This document shows positions 33,701-41,392 of a DNA stretch of 64,000 nt, in pieces. This stretch comes from Methanothrix sp. Lineage in GTDB: Archaea > Halobacteriota > Methanosarcinia > Methanotrichales > Methanotrichaceae. The DNA is taken from NCBI GenBank assembly GCA_963682135.1, contig OY821645.1, forward strand, positions 1,056,001 to 1,120,000. The letters run 5' to 3'. The notes under the pieces were generated by a model. It saw only the letters and a list, made by a program, of their open reading frames with translations. It was not told the origin of the DNA and searched no databases. Made by a program: the position numbers and the translations under genes. Each line of letters opens with the position of its first letter. The first letter of the stretch is position 1.

Positions 33701-34502
33701 AAATATACTTCAGAGACTGGTTGGTGCTGCTATTAAAGGGGATGCGCCCTCAATTAAGGCCGCGTTAGAATTTATCTCGTTTAGGATATTTAGCGAAAAG
33801 GAAGGTAAAATAGGACAAATATTAGATCAAGATGATATCAGGTCACTCGCTTGGAGGCTTATTGAAATCACTCCTAAGAAGGCCAAGTCATACGAATGGA
33901 CACAAATAATTGAGGCATTGTCAAAATATGACCCAGATCGAGCTGCAAAGTTGGCGGTTCTTGGACTAGCCGAAGGAGACCTTTTGCAATTGGGTGATTT
34001 TATCTCTTTTTTTACATCCTTGGCAAAGATGCATCCTGAATTAGTAATGCAGAGGCTCGGAGAAGTAATGCTCGACGAAGAAAAGGGATGGATTTTCTAC
34101 ACATACAAATTTAGTCCATTTTTCAAAGCCATTCCGGATGAGTCTATAATTAAATGGGTGAAGGATCATGGAGTCGAAGGAGCACGCCGATTAGCAAACC
34201 ACTTGCCTGCGCCTTACGTTTCCGACAATGGAGATGCAATTGTTCCAAATATTACTCAATTTATCCTAGATAATTATGGGGATGATGATAGAGTATTTAA
34301 TCAGTTTGCACTTGGTATGCATTCATTTCAATTATATTCTGGAGATATAGCTTCTCAGCACGACAGAGAAGCTGAAATCGCTCGAACATTTTTAAGCCAT
34401 CCTTCTGAGAGAATAAGGAAGTGGGCTCAAATGGAAGAAGAGAATGCAATTTCTGAAGCCAAAAGATGGAGGCAATTCGAAGAAGAAAGACAACTTGATT
34501 AG
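30789..34502 (+). CDS. Large putative defence protein: N-terminal PD-(D/E)xK-like nuclease, P-loop NTPase, long helical C-terminus
   Basis: DGGVD...IWQYKA, Walker A GLSGVGKT, Walker B ILVADE; visibly AT-richer than flanking genes. Confidence 0.7.
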   Translation: MWTVRVEDVKNIGRTPGGDHFTEFVNSLIRGWSHLHGLPCSEIFDNQRTNKQDGGVDTEVCRSILNDPLGWMGNPTIWQYKATDSSEVSESKLVTEIKKWYVVECINQGYAYRFCICDSIPSYMKKSWEDILNREIKRINANAPNAKVLTAEDLAQWASRLPAINLRYFHPRIATLGLHFEAWGKSITEITPEFVRYPAIDGIINEIQNHVNFGIIAPNVVLPVSGLSGVGKTRLVYESLLLCDGTKSLVIFTNDEYKAVEIAMTISNNSMINAILVADECGLNGRLRLIDLLRGHKDRVRVITIDNSGVRPDTGSPELWIEKMPPEIVDEILVKNYPGVPIGRRRAYTDLSKGFVRFAADLCRNDNMIASSGCVDPALRDIREYLRKRFSSEELKVIQALSLVKKIGYLGDVSHELSALCETVNLEPENFKEIATRIHNGPGFISKAGRYLYVTPEIIAQTGFDLAWNNWISDDPESFLKKLPKILLESFYLRTRESASEVVRTTIGDFFRKWSFELRHSQLNSVEAVNRLITLIEVEPRIYLPVLRNLIEQSTLEELKSISGKNRDGNYGPRRSIVWLAERIAAFPEYFDDAENILLRLGLAESEKNIGNNATAIWRQLYRIALSGTAVPFLARLNRLELRILSYEDETSHFAIGALDGILNDHAMRRAGPSIVAGKIPPEEYVPNTNDEYIKCISETFKLLRRIINHASIPDDIKRSAKYTVVDNTRTLLNLGLADELQVTLSERNIDNDLRAKLIENIETFLHFDIKAKWGRPALADDYVKKVDMYLANLKPSDVGGRISIVVGTCRGHYSILGNEDKLESEVESLAKEFLEHPENLKQEIETLFSPDAKNASSFGYGLGKLDKNAIFLDFIIESSIKYNSTEFGRGYLSGILDSYPSHADFINKKFDEIQMEYPVLAYELFMTRIELTNALERALKLVDLGKLGPIYLGRFIYGKGEHQLSQNSFRNILQRLVGAAIKGDAPSIKAALEFISFRIFSEKEGKIGQILDQDDIRSLAWRLIEITPKKAKSYEWTQIIEALSKYDPDRAAKLAVLGLAEGDLLQLGDFISFFTSLAKMHPELVMQRLGEVMLDEEKGWIFYTYKFSPFFKAIPDESIIKWVKDHGVEGARRLANHLPAPYVSDNGDAIVPNITQFILDNYGDDDRVFNQFALGMHSFQLYSGDIASQHDREAEIARTFLSHPSERIRKWAQMEEENAISEAKRWRQFEEERQLD

Positions 34503-34589
34503 ACTTGGGGATTGATAACTATATAAATTTTTCACATCCTTTGATATATCCATCAATCCTCCCTCGCACTTCTCTCAGGTTCCAGGCCC

Positions 34590-34668
34590 TTTTTGCCGGG
34601 GCCCCAGGGCGGCCACGGGCACCCGTGCCCGTGCGCCCGCGCGTGCACCTGCGGGTGGGCGGGGCCAA
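34590..34668. repeat. GC-rich structured intergenic repeat, copy A
   Basis: Contains perfect inverted repeat cacgggcac-cc-gtgcccgtg; ends gcacctgcgggtgggcggggcc, similar to 37066-37082. Confidence 0.6.
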
Positions 34669-34794
34669 CCGACTTAATCTGAATATGGGCGTTTACGCTA
34701 AACATATTCCCGTTCAAGCCTAAAGCTATTTTAACTCGTTTCGCCATCTTCTGGAAGAGATGCGGTAAGATAATTTGCCAAGAGGGAGCTGCAA

Positions 34795-35889
34795 ATGACC
34801 CGAAAGTACTGGCTGGATCTTTTTACAGGAACAACCTGGGAGGAATTCCTGGAGCACGGCGCAAAAGTAAGCGGCTTTAGGGAGAGCAGGAAAAAATCGG
34901 CGCAGAGGATCTCCCCAGGCGATTATCTCCTCTGCTACTTAACCGGCATTTCACGGTTTGTCGGCATCCTGGAAGTCAAGTCAAAATGCTATTCAGATAC
35001 CACCCCAATCTGGAAAGATGAGCTTTTCCCGATCCGCTTTGAGGTCGAGCTGGTGGAAAGATTGGAGGCAAAAACGGCGATTCCCGTCCTCAGCCTCAAA
35101 GATGAACTGGAGCTATTCAAGGGGCTGAAGTCCAGGAATGCCTGGACGGGATTTTTCAGGGGATCTCCTGCCGAATTTAACCCAAAGGACGGAGAAATAA
35201 TTTCCAGTGCCATCAGAAACGCCGTTAAAAATCCGGTTGAACTGGAATACGACGAGCGGAAGTACCGCCGCAAAACTAAGACATACGAATCAAAGATCGG
35301 CGTGGTGACAGTGCCCGAGGATCATGAGGAGGATACCAAGAAGGCCCCGCTCGAAGAGACCACTCATGAAGAGATCCAGTTTCTATTGCTCAAGCTAGGC
35401 TCGGACCTGGGCCTGGATGTGTGGGTTGCCAGGAACGACCGCAACCGCAATTACAATGGAATCAATTTTCAGGACGTTGCTAATCTGAGAAGGGAGCTTC
35501 CCAGGCAGTTTGATGATGCCACCAACAGAACCATTGAACTGATTGACGTTCTCTGGCTGCAAGGCGATGCCATAATAGCCGCCTTCGAGGTGGAGCATAC
35601 CACGGCCATTTACTCAGGCTTGCTGCGGATGTCGGACCTGGTGAGCATGCAGCCCAATATCAAGCTCGATCTCTTCATGGTCGCACCGGATGAGCGGCGA
35701 GAGAAGGTGTTCTACGAGATCAACCGGCCCACCTTCGCCAGGCTTAAGCCTCCCCTCCCGAAGATCTGCCGGTTCATTCCATATTCAGAGCTGAAGAGGG
35801 AAGTAGAGCAGATCGGAAGCAGAATGCGCTACATGAAGCCGGAGTTCATCTCTGAGATTGCAGAAAGCTGCGAGCCGGAGGATTCGTGA
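34795..35889 (+). CDS. EVE-domain protein with C-terminal restriction-endonuclease-like domain
   Basis: KYWL...TWEEF...ISPGDYLLCY (EVE/PUA-like); IDVLW...AAFEVEHTT..YSGLLRMSDL (PD-(D/E)xK-like). Confidence 0.8.
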   Translation: MTRKYWLDLFTGTTWEEFLEHGAKVSGFRESRKKSAQRISPGDYLLCYLTGISRFVGILEVKSKCYSDTTPIWKDELFPIRFEVELVERLEAKTAIPVLSLKDELELFKGLKSRNAWTGFFRGSPAEFNPKDGEIISSAIRNAVKNPVELEYDERKYRRKTKTYESKIGVVTVPEDHEEDTKKAPLEETTHEEIQFLLLKLGSDLGLDVWVARNDRNRNYNGINFQDVANLRRELPRQFDDATNRTIELIDVLWLQGDAIIAAFEVEHTTAIYSGLLRMSDLVSMQPNIKLDLFMVAPDERREKVFYEINRPTFARLKPPLPKICRFIPYSELKREVEQIGSRMRYMKPEFISEIAESCEPEDS

Positions 35890-36027
35890 GCGTGGACGGG
35901 CGGGCGGGGATGGCTGGAGCGCCCTGGATTCGCGGGACCAGGCCCGCGCGCGAGTCATCCGCTAATTCCAGGCGACAAAATGGTCCAGGAGCTTGCTGGA
36001 TAAAACCAGAGGTTAGATCCTGGAGGG

Positions 36028-36291
36028 CTATCGTCCCTGCACATATCCTCGCTCCCTGAGAAATGCGTTTTGGACCCATACCGTTGCATCCTCCACAAAA
36101 TACTCAAATCGGTGCTCACCGATTCTCAGGCGATAGACATCATGCGTCTTGCCTTTGAGCTTCTTGATATCCAGACCGCTTCTGGATGTAAATGGGTCAT
36201 CGCCCAATCTGGCAAGTCCTTCTTTTAGTCTCTCTTTTTCACCGCTCTCATCCAGGTACTTCTTGACTCTAGGATGGACTTGAACCTGCAT
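36028..36291 (-). CDS. RelE/ParE-family toxin
   Basis: DIKKLKG...YRLRIGEHR; start at MQVQV overlaps antitoxin stop. Confidence 0.85.
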   Translation of the reverse strand: MQVQVHPRVKKYLDESGEKERLKEGLARLGDDPFTSRSGLDIKKLKGKTHDVYRLRIGEHRFEYFVEDATVWVQNAFLRERGYVQGR

Positions 36292-36494
36292 CAGACTTCT
36301 TCCAGAGGTATGAAATCCGTCTTCTCTTTCTGCAGCCGCTCCCATCTGGCCTCGATGATCTCCTCCAGATCACCTTCCTCATAGAATCTGATCAGCCTCT
36401 GCAAGACTTCATCTTCTGTCTCACTGCCACGAGCCAGAAGCTTTAAGCGGATCTTGATGTCTTCATTGACGTGAATCGTTGCGCCCATTGTCAC
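36291..36494 (-). CDS. Putative RHH-type antitoxin
   Basis: ATIHVNEDIKIRL...SETEDEVLQRLI...FIPLEEV; directly upstream of toxin. Confidence 0.8.
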   Translation of the reverse strand: MTMGATIHVNEDIKIRLKLLARGSETEDEVLQRLIRFYEEGDLEEIIEARWERLQKEKTDFIPLEEV

Positions 36495-36654
36495 ACCATA
36501 CCAGGGTTCATTTTGCCGCTTTTCTCAGTTAAACGTTTTCATGGCCTCCGATAAAAATTATTTTGTAATAGGCCATAATGCCATATGACTGCACTATGCA
36601 TTTTCATGATCGACCCCCTGAAGTGAGGCCCATCATGGCCATCTACCCTGGCCT

Positions 36655-36892
36655 GCCCAACATCAAGCTCGATCTCTTCATGGTCGCACCGGATGAGCGG
36701 CGGGAGAAGGTGTTCTACGAGATCAACCGGCCCACCTTCGCCAGGCGTAAGCCGCCCCTCCCGAAGATCTGCCGGTTCATTCCTTACTCGGAACTGAAGA
36801 AGGAAGTCGAGCAGATCGGGAGCAGAATGCGCTACATGAAGCCGGAGTTCATCTCTGAGATTGCGGAAAGCTGCGAGCCGGACTACTCATGA
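36655..36892 (+). repeat. Diverged 238-bp copy of the 3' end of the EVE-nuclease gene (35652..35889)
   Basis: Manual alignment: gap-free, 15 codons differ, 11 of them synonymously. Confidence 0.95.
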
Positions 36893-36974
36893 ATTGCCGC
36901 TGTGCTTCCAGCTCGGCCACCATTTTTGACCGATCCAATCCAACTGCCACCTAGATTTTCGGGACTGCAAAGCC

Positions 36975-37083
36975 CTGCGCCCTTACCCCACGCCCCTGAT
37001 TTCCGCCGACGGGCTGCCCACGCTGCTCCCGGGCACGCGCCCGCACACCTGCCAGCGCACCCGTGGGTGGGCGGAGGGCCGCC
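36975..37083. repeat. GC-rich structured intergenic repeat, copy B
   Basis: cgcccttacccc...gatttccgccg...ggcacgcgcccg...cccgtgggtgggcgg, shared with copy C. Confidence 0.75.
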
Positions 37084-37134
37084 TGGCATCGCAAGTTAGT
37101 AGTAATAATGCCAACACATTCAATTCTGACGATC

Positions 37135-37494
37135 ATGATTCTCACTTCCAAGAAAATCCTGGACATCCACGAGCTGATAATCAGCAATTTTGGCGGTTTG
37201 GACGGAGTTCTTTGTCAGGGTACGATCGATTACCTGGTCGATCAGATAAATGCAGAGTCTGATCATTTTCGCAAAGCGGCTCTCGCTCTGCATATCGTGG
37301 CTAACTGCCACCCATTCCTGGATGGAAACAAGAGATCGGCCTTTCAAATAGCAGAATTAATCCTGAGCAGTGAAGGATACGCCATCATCGCAAAAGATGA
37401 TGAAATAATCCATATGCTTCTAAGAATCGCCAGTTACCAGTGCCAGGTTGATGAAGTCAAATTCTGGCTTCTAAAGAACACCGCTCAACTCTGA
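37135..37494 (+). CDS. Doc/Fic-family toxin
   Basis: HPFLDGNKRSA motif; ILDIHE...FGG..GV N-terminus. Confidence 0.9.
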   Translation: MILTSKKILDIHELIISNFGGLDGVLCQGTIDYLVDQINAESDHFRKAALALHIVANCHPFLDGNKRSAFQIAELILSSEGYAIIAKDDEIIHMLLRIASYQCQVDEVKFWLLKNTAQL

Positions 37495-37498
37495 GCAC

Positions 37499-37645
37499 TC
37501 ACATTTCGGCTAAACGCTTCATTAGTTTTTCATTGCGCCGCATGCTTTCTTCAAGGCGCTGTCTCTCGCCAGGGCTTAGGCCTTCAATTTTATTTGCAGA
37601 TATCTCTTGCTCCCTCCTTGATCCAGGAGTTGGTTGCCCTGACAT
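37499..37645 (-). CDS. Small putative antitoxin-like protein (48 aa), convergent with doc
   Basis: MSGQPTPGSRREQEISANKIEGLSPGERQRLEESMRRNEKLMKRLAEM, read manually; degenerate second copy near 39150-39200. Confidence 0.55.
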   Translation of the reverse strand: MSGQPTPGSRREQEISANKIEGLSPGERQRLEESMRRNEKLMKRLAEM

Positions 37646-37668
37646 GAAACACTACAGGCTTGCTGGGA

Positions 37669-38052
37669 TTAAATAGCTATTTGCGAGACGATCCTGGCCG
37701 CGTACCCAATCGCCGCCCGCACATCCTCCTGCTCTATCCTATACTCTCGGGCAGTTTCCTCGATCTGCATGCCTCCGGCCAGCGCGCCCAGGATGACAAC
37801 CACAGGAACCCGCGTTCCTCGTATGACGGGCTTGCCATGCGCGATCTCAGAATCGAGGACGATCCGCTCATCTCGCTGCAGGGGAATATCCCAGCCCTCA
37901 TAGCCGCTCTCCTCCCAGTCACGGTGGAGTTCTTCTATAAACGCCTCATTGTAATTGGTCTCGCCCACAAAGCCGCAAAACTTACTGGTTTTTGATTGCC
38001 TGCAAGCTGCGGCCTTGTCACCTGCAATTTCATCTTCAGTCTCATCGGTCAT
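37669..38052 (-). CDS. DUF433-domain protein with apparently unrelated N-terminal part (chimera)
   Basis: RIVLDSEIAHGKPVIRGTRVPV...EDVRAAIGYA. Confidence 0.75.
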   Translation of the reverse strand: MTDETEDEIAGDKAAACRQSKTSKFCGFVGETNYNEAFIEELHRDWEESGYEGWDIPLQRDERIVLDSEIAHGKPVIRGTRVPVVVILGALAGGMQIEETAREYRIEQEDVRAAIGYAARIVSQIAI

Positions 38053-38434
38053 ATTGGCGGCATCCTGTTTTCTCTTTTTTCATCCACTCGATTCCCAGAA
38101 AGATCTCGTCAATTGTAAGATCGCAAACATGAGAGCGCTCTTTGCTGTAGTCGCCTTTCCCAGAATTTTGGCTCTGCCAAAGGCGAGTAGCATCTACCAT
38201 GCTATGGCATTCTTCATGCGGGTCAGGGTGTTTTTCATTGCTGTTCGCAGTCGCTTCGCTATCATCGTCATCATAATTCCAGATTTCCGACTCGATGATC
38301 TCATCAATCAGCTTCTGGTCGTCAAGCTGAATCGAACCTGCCAGCCGCTCAGCGATGCTCAATTTCTTGTCCATTACTACCGCCAACTCCATATCCAATT
38401 CTATTCCAGCCCCAGTGCCTATGCGAGCCCGCAC
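38042..38434 (-). pseudogene. Mosaic ORF of antitoxin fragments
   Basis: LAGSIQLDDQKLIDEIIESE duplicates the C-terminus of the AbrB ORF at 38574; GKGDYSKER...DLTIDEI resembles another small antitoxin-like family. Confidence 0.55.
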
Positions 38435-38573
38435 GCAGCCGCAAGCGGTGTCGATGATGGGCAGATGCTATTATGGTTTATAAATGCAAATATCTTCTGC
38501 TTGCTGAAAATCGTTATCATTATCTATAAGTATCTTGGATTGGGGCATAGCAAATCCAGAGAGCCAATCACAG

Positions 38574-38786
38574 CTAATCCTCGGATTCGATAATCTCTTC
38601 TATAAGTTTTTGATCGTCTAATTTGATTGAGCCTGTAAGTTGATCAGTAAGGCTTTTGATCGGCTTGATGAGCAATTCTCCACCATTCACACTCAAAGCT
38701 ACTCGTTTGCCTTCACAAAGGTCGATCTCAGACAATATTGAACTGGGAAGCTCAATTATCCCGCCTTTCTTAACAATAACCTCCAT
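38574..38786 (-). CDS. AbrB/MazE/SpoVT-family antitoxin
   Basis: VKKGGIIELPSSI...L.EG.RV...GELLIKP. Confidence 0.8.
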   Translation of the reverse strand: MEVIVKKGGIIELPSSILSEIDLCEGKRVALSVNGGELLIKPIKSLTDQLTGSIKLDDQKLIEEIIESED

Positions 38787-38917
38787 CGATCTCACCAACA
38801 TTACTAATATGCCCCTGCCTATAAAAATAGATTTCCAAATTATGAGTGCCTAGGCGAGACGGACAGGCAAAATAGGTCGTCTTCCAGACCAGCAGCCATC
38901 CCCCGGCAGTGGCCCGA

Positions 38918-39014
38918 CCGCGCCCTTCCCCCCCGCGCCACCGGATTTCTGCCGGGAGATCGCCCCGCCGCCCCAGGCACGCGCCCGGCCCCCGTGCGTG
39001 CGCTCCCGTGGGTG
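38918..39014. repeat. GC-rich structured intergenic repeat, copy C
   Basis: cgcccttcccccc...gatttctgccgg...ggcacgcgcccg...cccgtgggtg aligns with copy B. Confidence 0.75.
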
Positions 39015-39045
39015 AACATGTAGCGTTCCAATGGACGCAACCGCA

Positions 39046-39312
39046 AGATAATCCAAATGCTGCTAAGAATCGCCAGTTACGAGTGCCGGGTCGATGAAGT
39101 CAAAATCTGTCTTGAGAAAAACGCGGGCGGAATCTGAAAGGAACGCTTGCATTTCGGCTGAACGCTTCATGAGTTTTTCATTGCGCTGCATGCTTTCTTT
39201 AATTTCTGTCTTCTCGTTCTTCAGATGGGCTTTGATCTGCTTGGATTAAATAGCTTCTTGAGAGACGATCTTTGCCGCGTACCCGATCGCCGCCCGCACA
39301 TCCTCTTGCTCC
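39046..39312. pseudogene. Degraded second copy of doc 3' end + small antitoxin 3' end + DUF433 3' end
   Basis: Aligns in order with ~37403-37494, ~37502-37550 and ~37666-37733. Confidence 0.85.
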
Positions 39313-39348
39313 TTCTGGTGAGGCAAGCAGCAATAAATATCAGAAGTA

Positions 39349-40098
39349 ATGAGGCATATCCGTATGGAAAACACCATTATTAGGCAAAGGATCCGGAAGA
39401 TGTTGATTATTCTCTCATTTGTCCTATTGCCGGCTACATTTGTATATATATCCTGTCCGATAATAATACAAGGCGCATCTGAAGGGATTGTTACCGGTGG
39501 CCTGATCCTCTTTATCCTCCTCTTTATCAGTTCCCTATTCCTGGGCAGGCTCTGGTGCGGCTGGCTCTGTCCAGGAGGCGGTCTGCAAGAGATTTATTTT
39601 GATATAAATAATAAAAATGTCAAAGCAAGCAGGCTAAACTGGCTTAAGTATCTCATATTCCTTGCAGTTATTCTCATCCCCCTCATCTCTGCAATTCGCT
39701 CCGCGGGAGGATTTACCACTATTGATCTTTTTTATAACACAGATCATGGAATCTCAATCGCCAAACAGGGAGCGTACGTAATATTCTTCGTCCAAATCGC
39801 TTTCTTTACCGTATTTGCCATGCTGGGCGGAAAACGGGGTTTCTGTCATTATTTCTGCCCGATCGCAGTGATAATTATCACCGGAAGGAAGATTCGAAAT
39901 CTGATCCGCTGGCCGGCTCTTCACCTCTCAGCTATTGGGAGCCGTTGCACCGACTGAAATAAATGCTCAATAAACTGCCCCATGGGGCTTGATGTGAACA
40001 TCATGGTCCGACAAGGGCGAATGGAAAACACGGAGTGCATACTCTGTGGCGTCTGCGCGGATGTCTGCCCGAAACAAGCGATCCACTATGAATTATAA
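39349..40098 (+). pseudogene. Membrane 4Fe-4S binding (polyferredoxin/NapH-like) protein interrupted by in-frame TGA at 39955
   Basis: GRLWCGWLCP, FCHYFCP, then CTD-TGA-NKCSINCP...ECILCGVCADVCP to TAA at 40096-40098. Confidence 0.85.
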
Positions 40099-40126
40099 TT
40101 TGCCGGCCTCATGAAGCCGGCAATAG

Positions 40127-41323
40127 TCATTGATTCGGCTTTGATCCCTCCGGCATTGCAGCCAACGTATCCTCCATGATCTTTCCATAAATATAACGGA
40201 ATATCAATCGTCCCGTAGCAATCATTGGCGTGGCCAGGAGCGCCCCCATTATGCCAAATGCATCAGCACCGGCAATGACGCCGATCAGGACTACCAGGGG
40301 AGGAAGATCGACCGCACTGCCCATGATCTTTGGCACCAGGAATTGATTTTCCAGCATCTGGACGAGCGTATAGAAAGCAATCACTATCAGCGCAAAAGTC
40401 AGATGGCTGAATGCCAGATGTGTTGATCCGAAGAGCAGGGCGACCAGAACCGCCGGAACAGCCGCCAGAACCGGGCCAACATTGGGGATCAACTCCATGA
40501 ATCCCGCAATGACGCCCAGGAAAAATGCCTGCGGCAATCCCAAGATAATGCCTCCTATCCAGGTGAAAAGGCCGACCGCCAGCATGAGCTGCATTTGACC
40601 ACGCAAAAAACCCGTCCAGGTCATATGGATATCTGCAAACAGCAGGTGAAGCTCCGGTCCGTGGCCGGGAGGTATCAAGCCAGAAAACCAATTCTTAAAC
40701 TCACCCGCTGCAAGAGTCATTTGCAGCGCCATGAGCAGCGTGAACAATACCGAAGCTAACCCAGAAAAGGTCGGTCCCAAAAACCCGGCCACTGTGCCCA
40801 GTGCCCTTCCCAGCCTGCTGCTCAAGTCGGCAACCGACATCTGTATGGCGGGAGCAGGAGTCTGGGCGGATGATGCAGAATAATTCAGAGCCGTGAGCAA
40901 GGAATCAATTGCAGGATTCAATATGCCTGCTAGCCACTGGTGGGCTTGCAGCTGTGTGGAAACTGATTGGACAAAGTCGATCAGTCTCTGGATAATCAGA
41001 TTGGGATCAATTTTCAGGGCAAAATTGGCCGCCTCCACCAGCGGCTGGATCAAAAGCAAGGGGACTAAGAGCAGCATGACCACGACGAATAAATAGGTAA
41101 TTACAATTGCCAGGGTCCTATTCATCCGCAGACGCACGGCCAGGAACCGAATAATTGGATCAACTATTAAGGCCAGCAGTGCGGCAGATAATACCAACGG
41201 AATGGCTGATCGACCTATGTAGACAACGAGCAGCCCTACCAGGAGCAGGAACACGCCCATGATATTACGAGAGGGTTCACTCCAACGGCTGCCAGAAGGC
41301 GCTTGAACCGAATCCACAGTCAT
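40127..41323 (-). CDS. AI-2E family transporter
   Basis: Multi-TM; FLRGQ, LIPNVGP, QMLENQFLVPKIMG, GALLATP. Confidence 0.9.
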   Translation of the reverse strand: MTVDSVQAPSGSRWSEPSRNIMGVFLLLVGLLVVYIGRSAIPLVLSAALLALIVDPIIRFLAVRLRMNRTLAIVITYLFVVVMLLLVPLLLIQPLVEAANFALKIDPNLIIQRLIDFVQSVSTQLQAHQWLAGILNPAIDSLLTALNYSASSAQTPAPAIQMSVADLSSRLGRALGTVAGFLGPTFSGLASVLFTLLMALQMTLAAGEFKNWFSGLIPPGHGPELHLLFADIHMTWTGFLRGQMQLMLAVGLFTWIGGIILGLPQAFFLGVIAGFMELIPNVGPVLAAVPAVLVALLFGSTHLAFSHLTFALIVIAFYTLVQMLENQFLVPKIMGSAVDLPPLVVLIGVIAGADAFGIMGALLATPMIATGRLIFRYIYGKIMEDTLAAMPEGSKPNQ

Positions 41324-41392
41324 AACTACAGGATTGCGGGTTTAGGAAGATAACCTTTGTGACGGGCTGCAGGGCGACAAGGCTCCTGAGTT

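Noticed and set aside
35652-36892. Diversity-generating retroelement TR/VR pair
   Set aside because: Differences are mostly synonymous and not confined to adenines of one copy; no reverse transcriptase in the window.
36578-36892. 104-aa ORF as an independent gene
   Set aside because: It is the duplicated EVE-nuclease tail with a fortuitous upstream ATG and lacks the catalytic motif.
34590-39014. CRISPR array or canonical integron attC array
   Set aside because: Repeats are long, degenerate and kilobases apart; no cas or intI gene and no RYYYAAC/GTTRRRY ends recognised.
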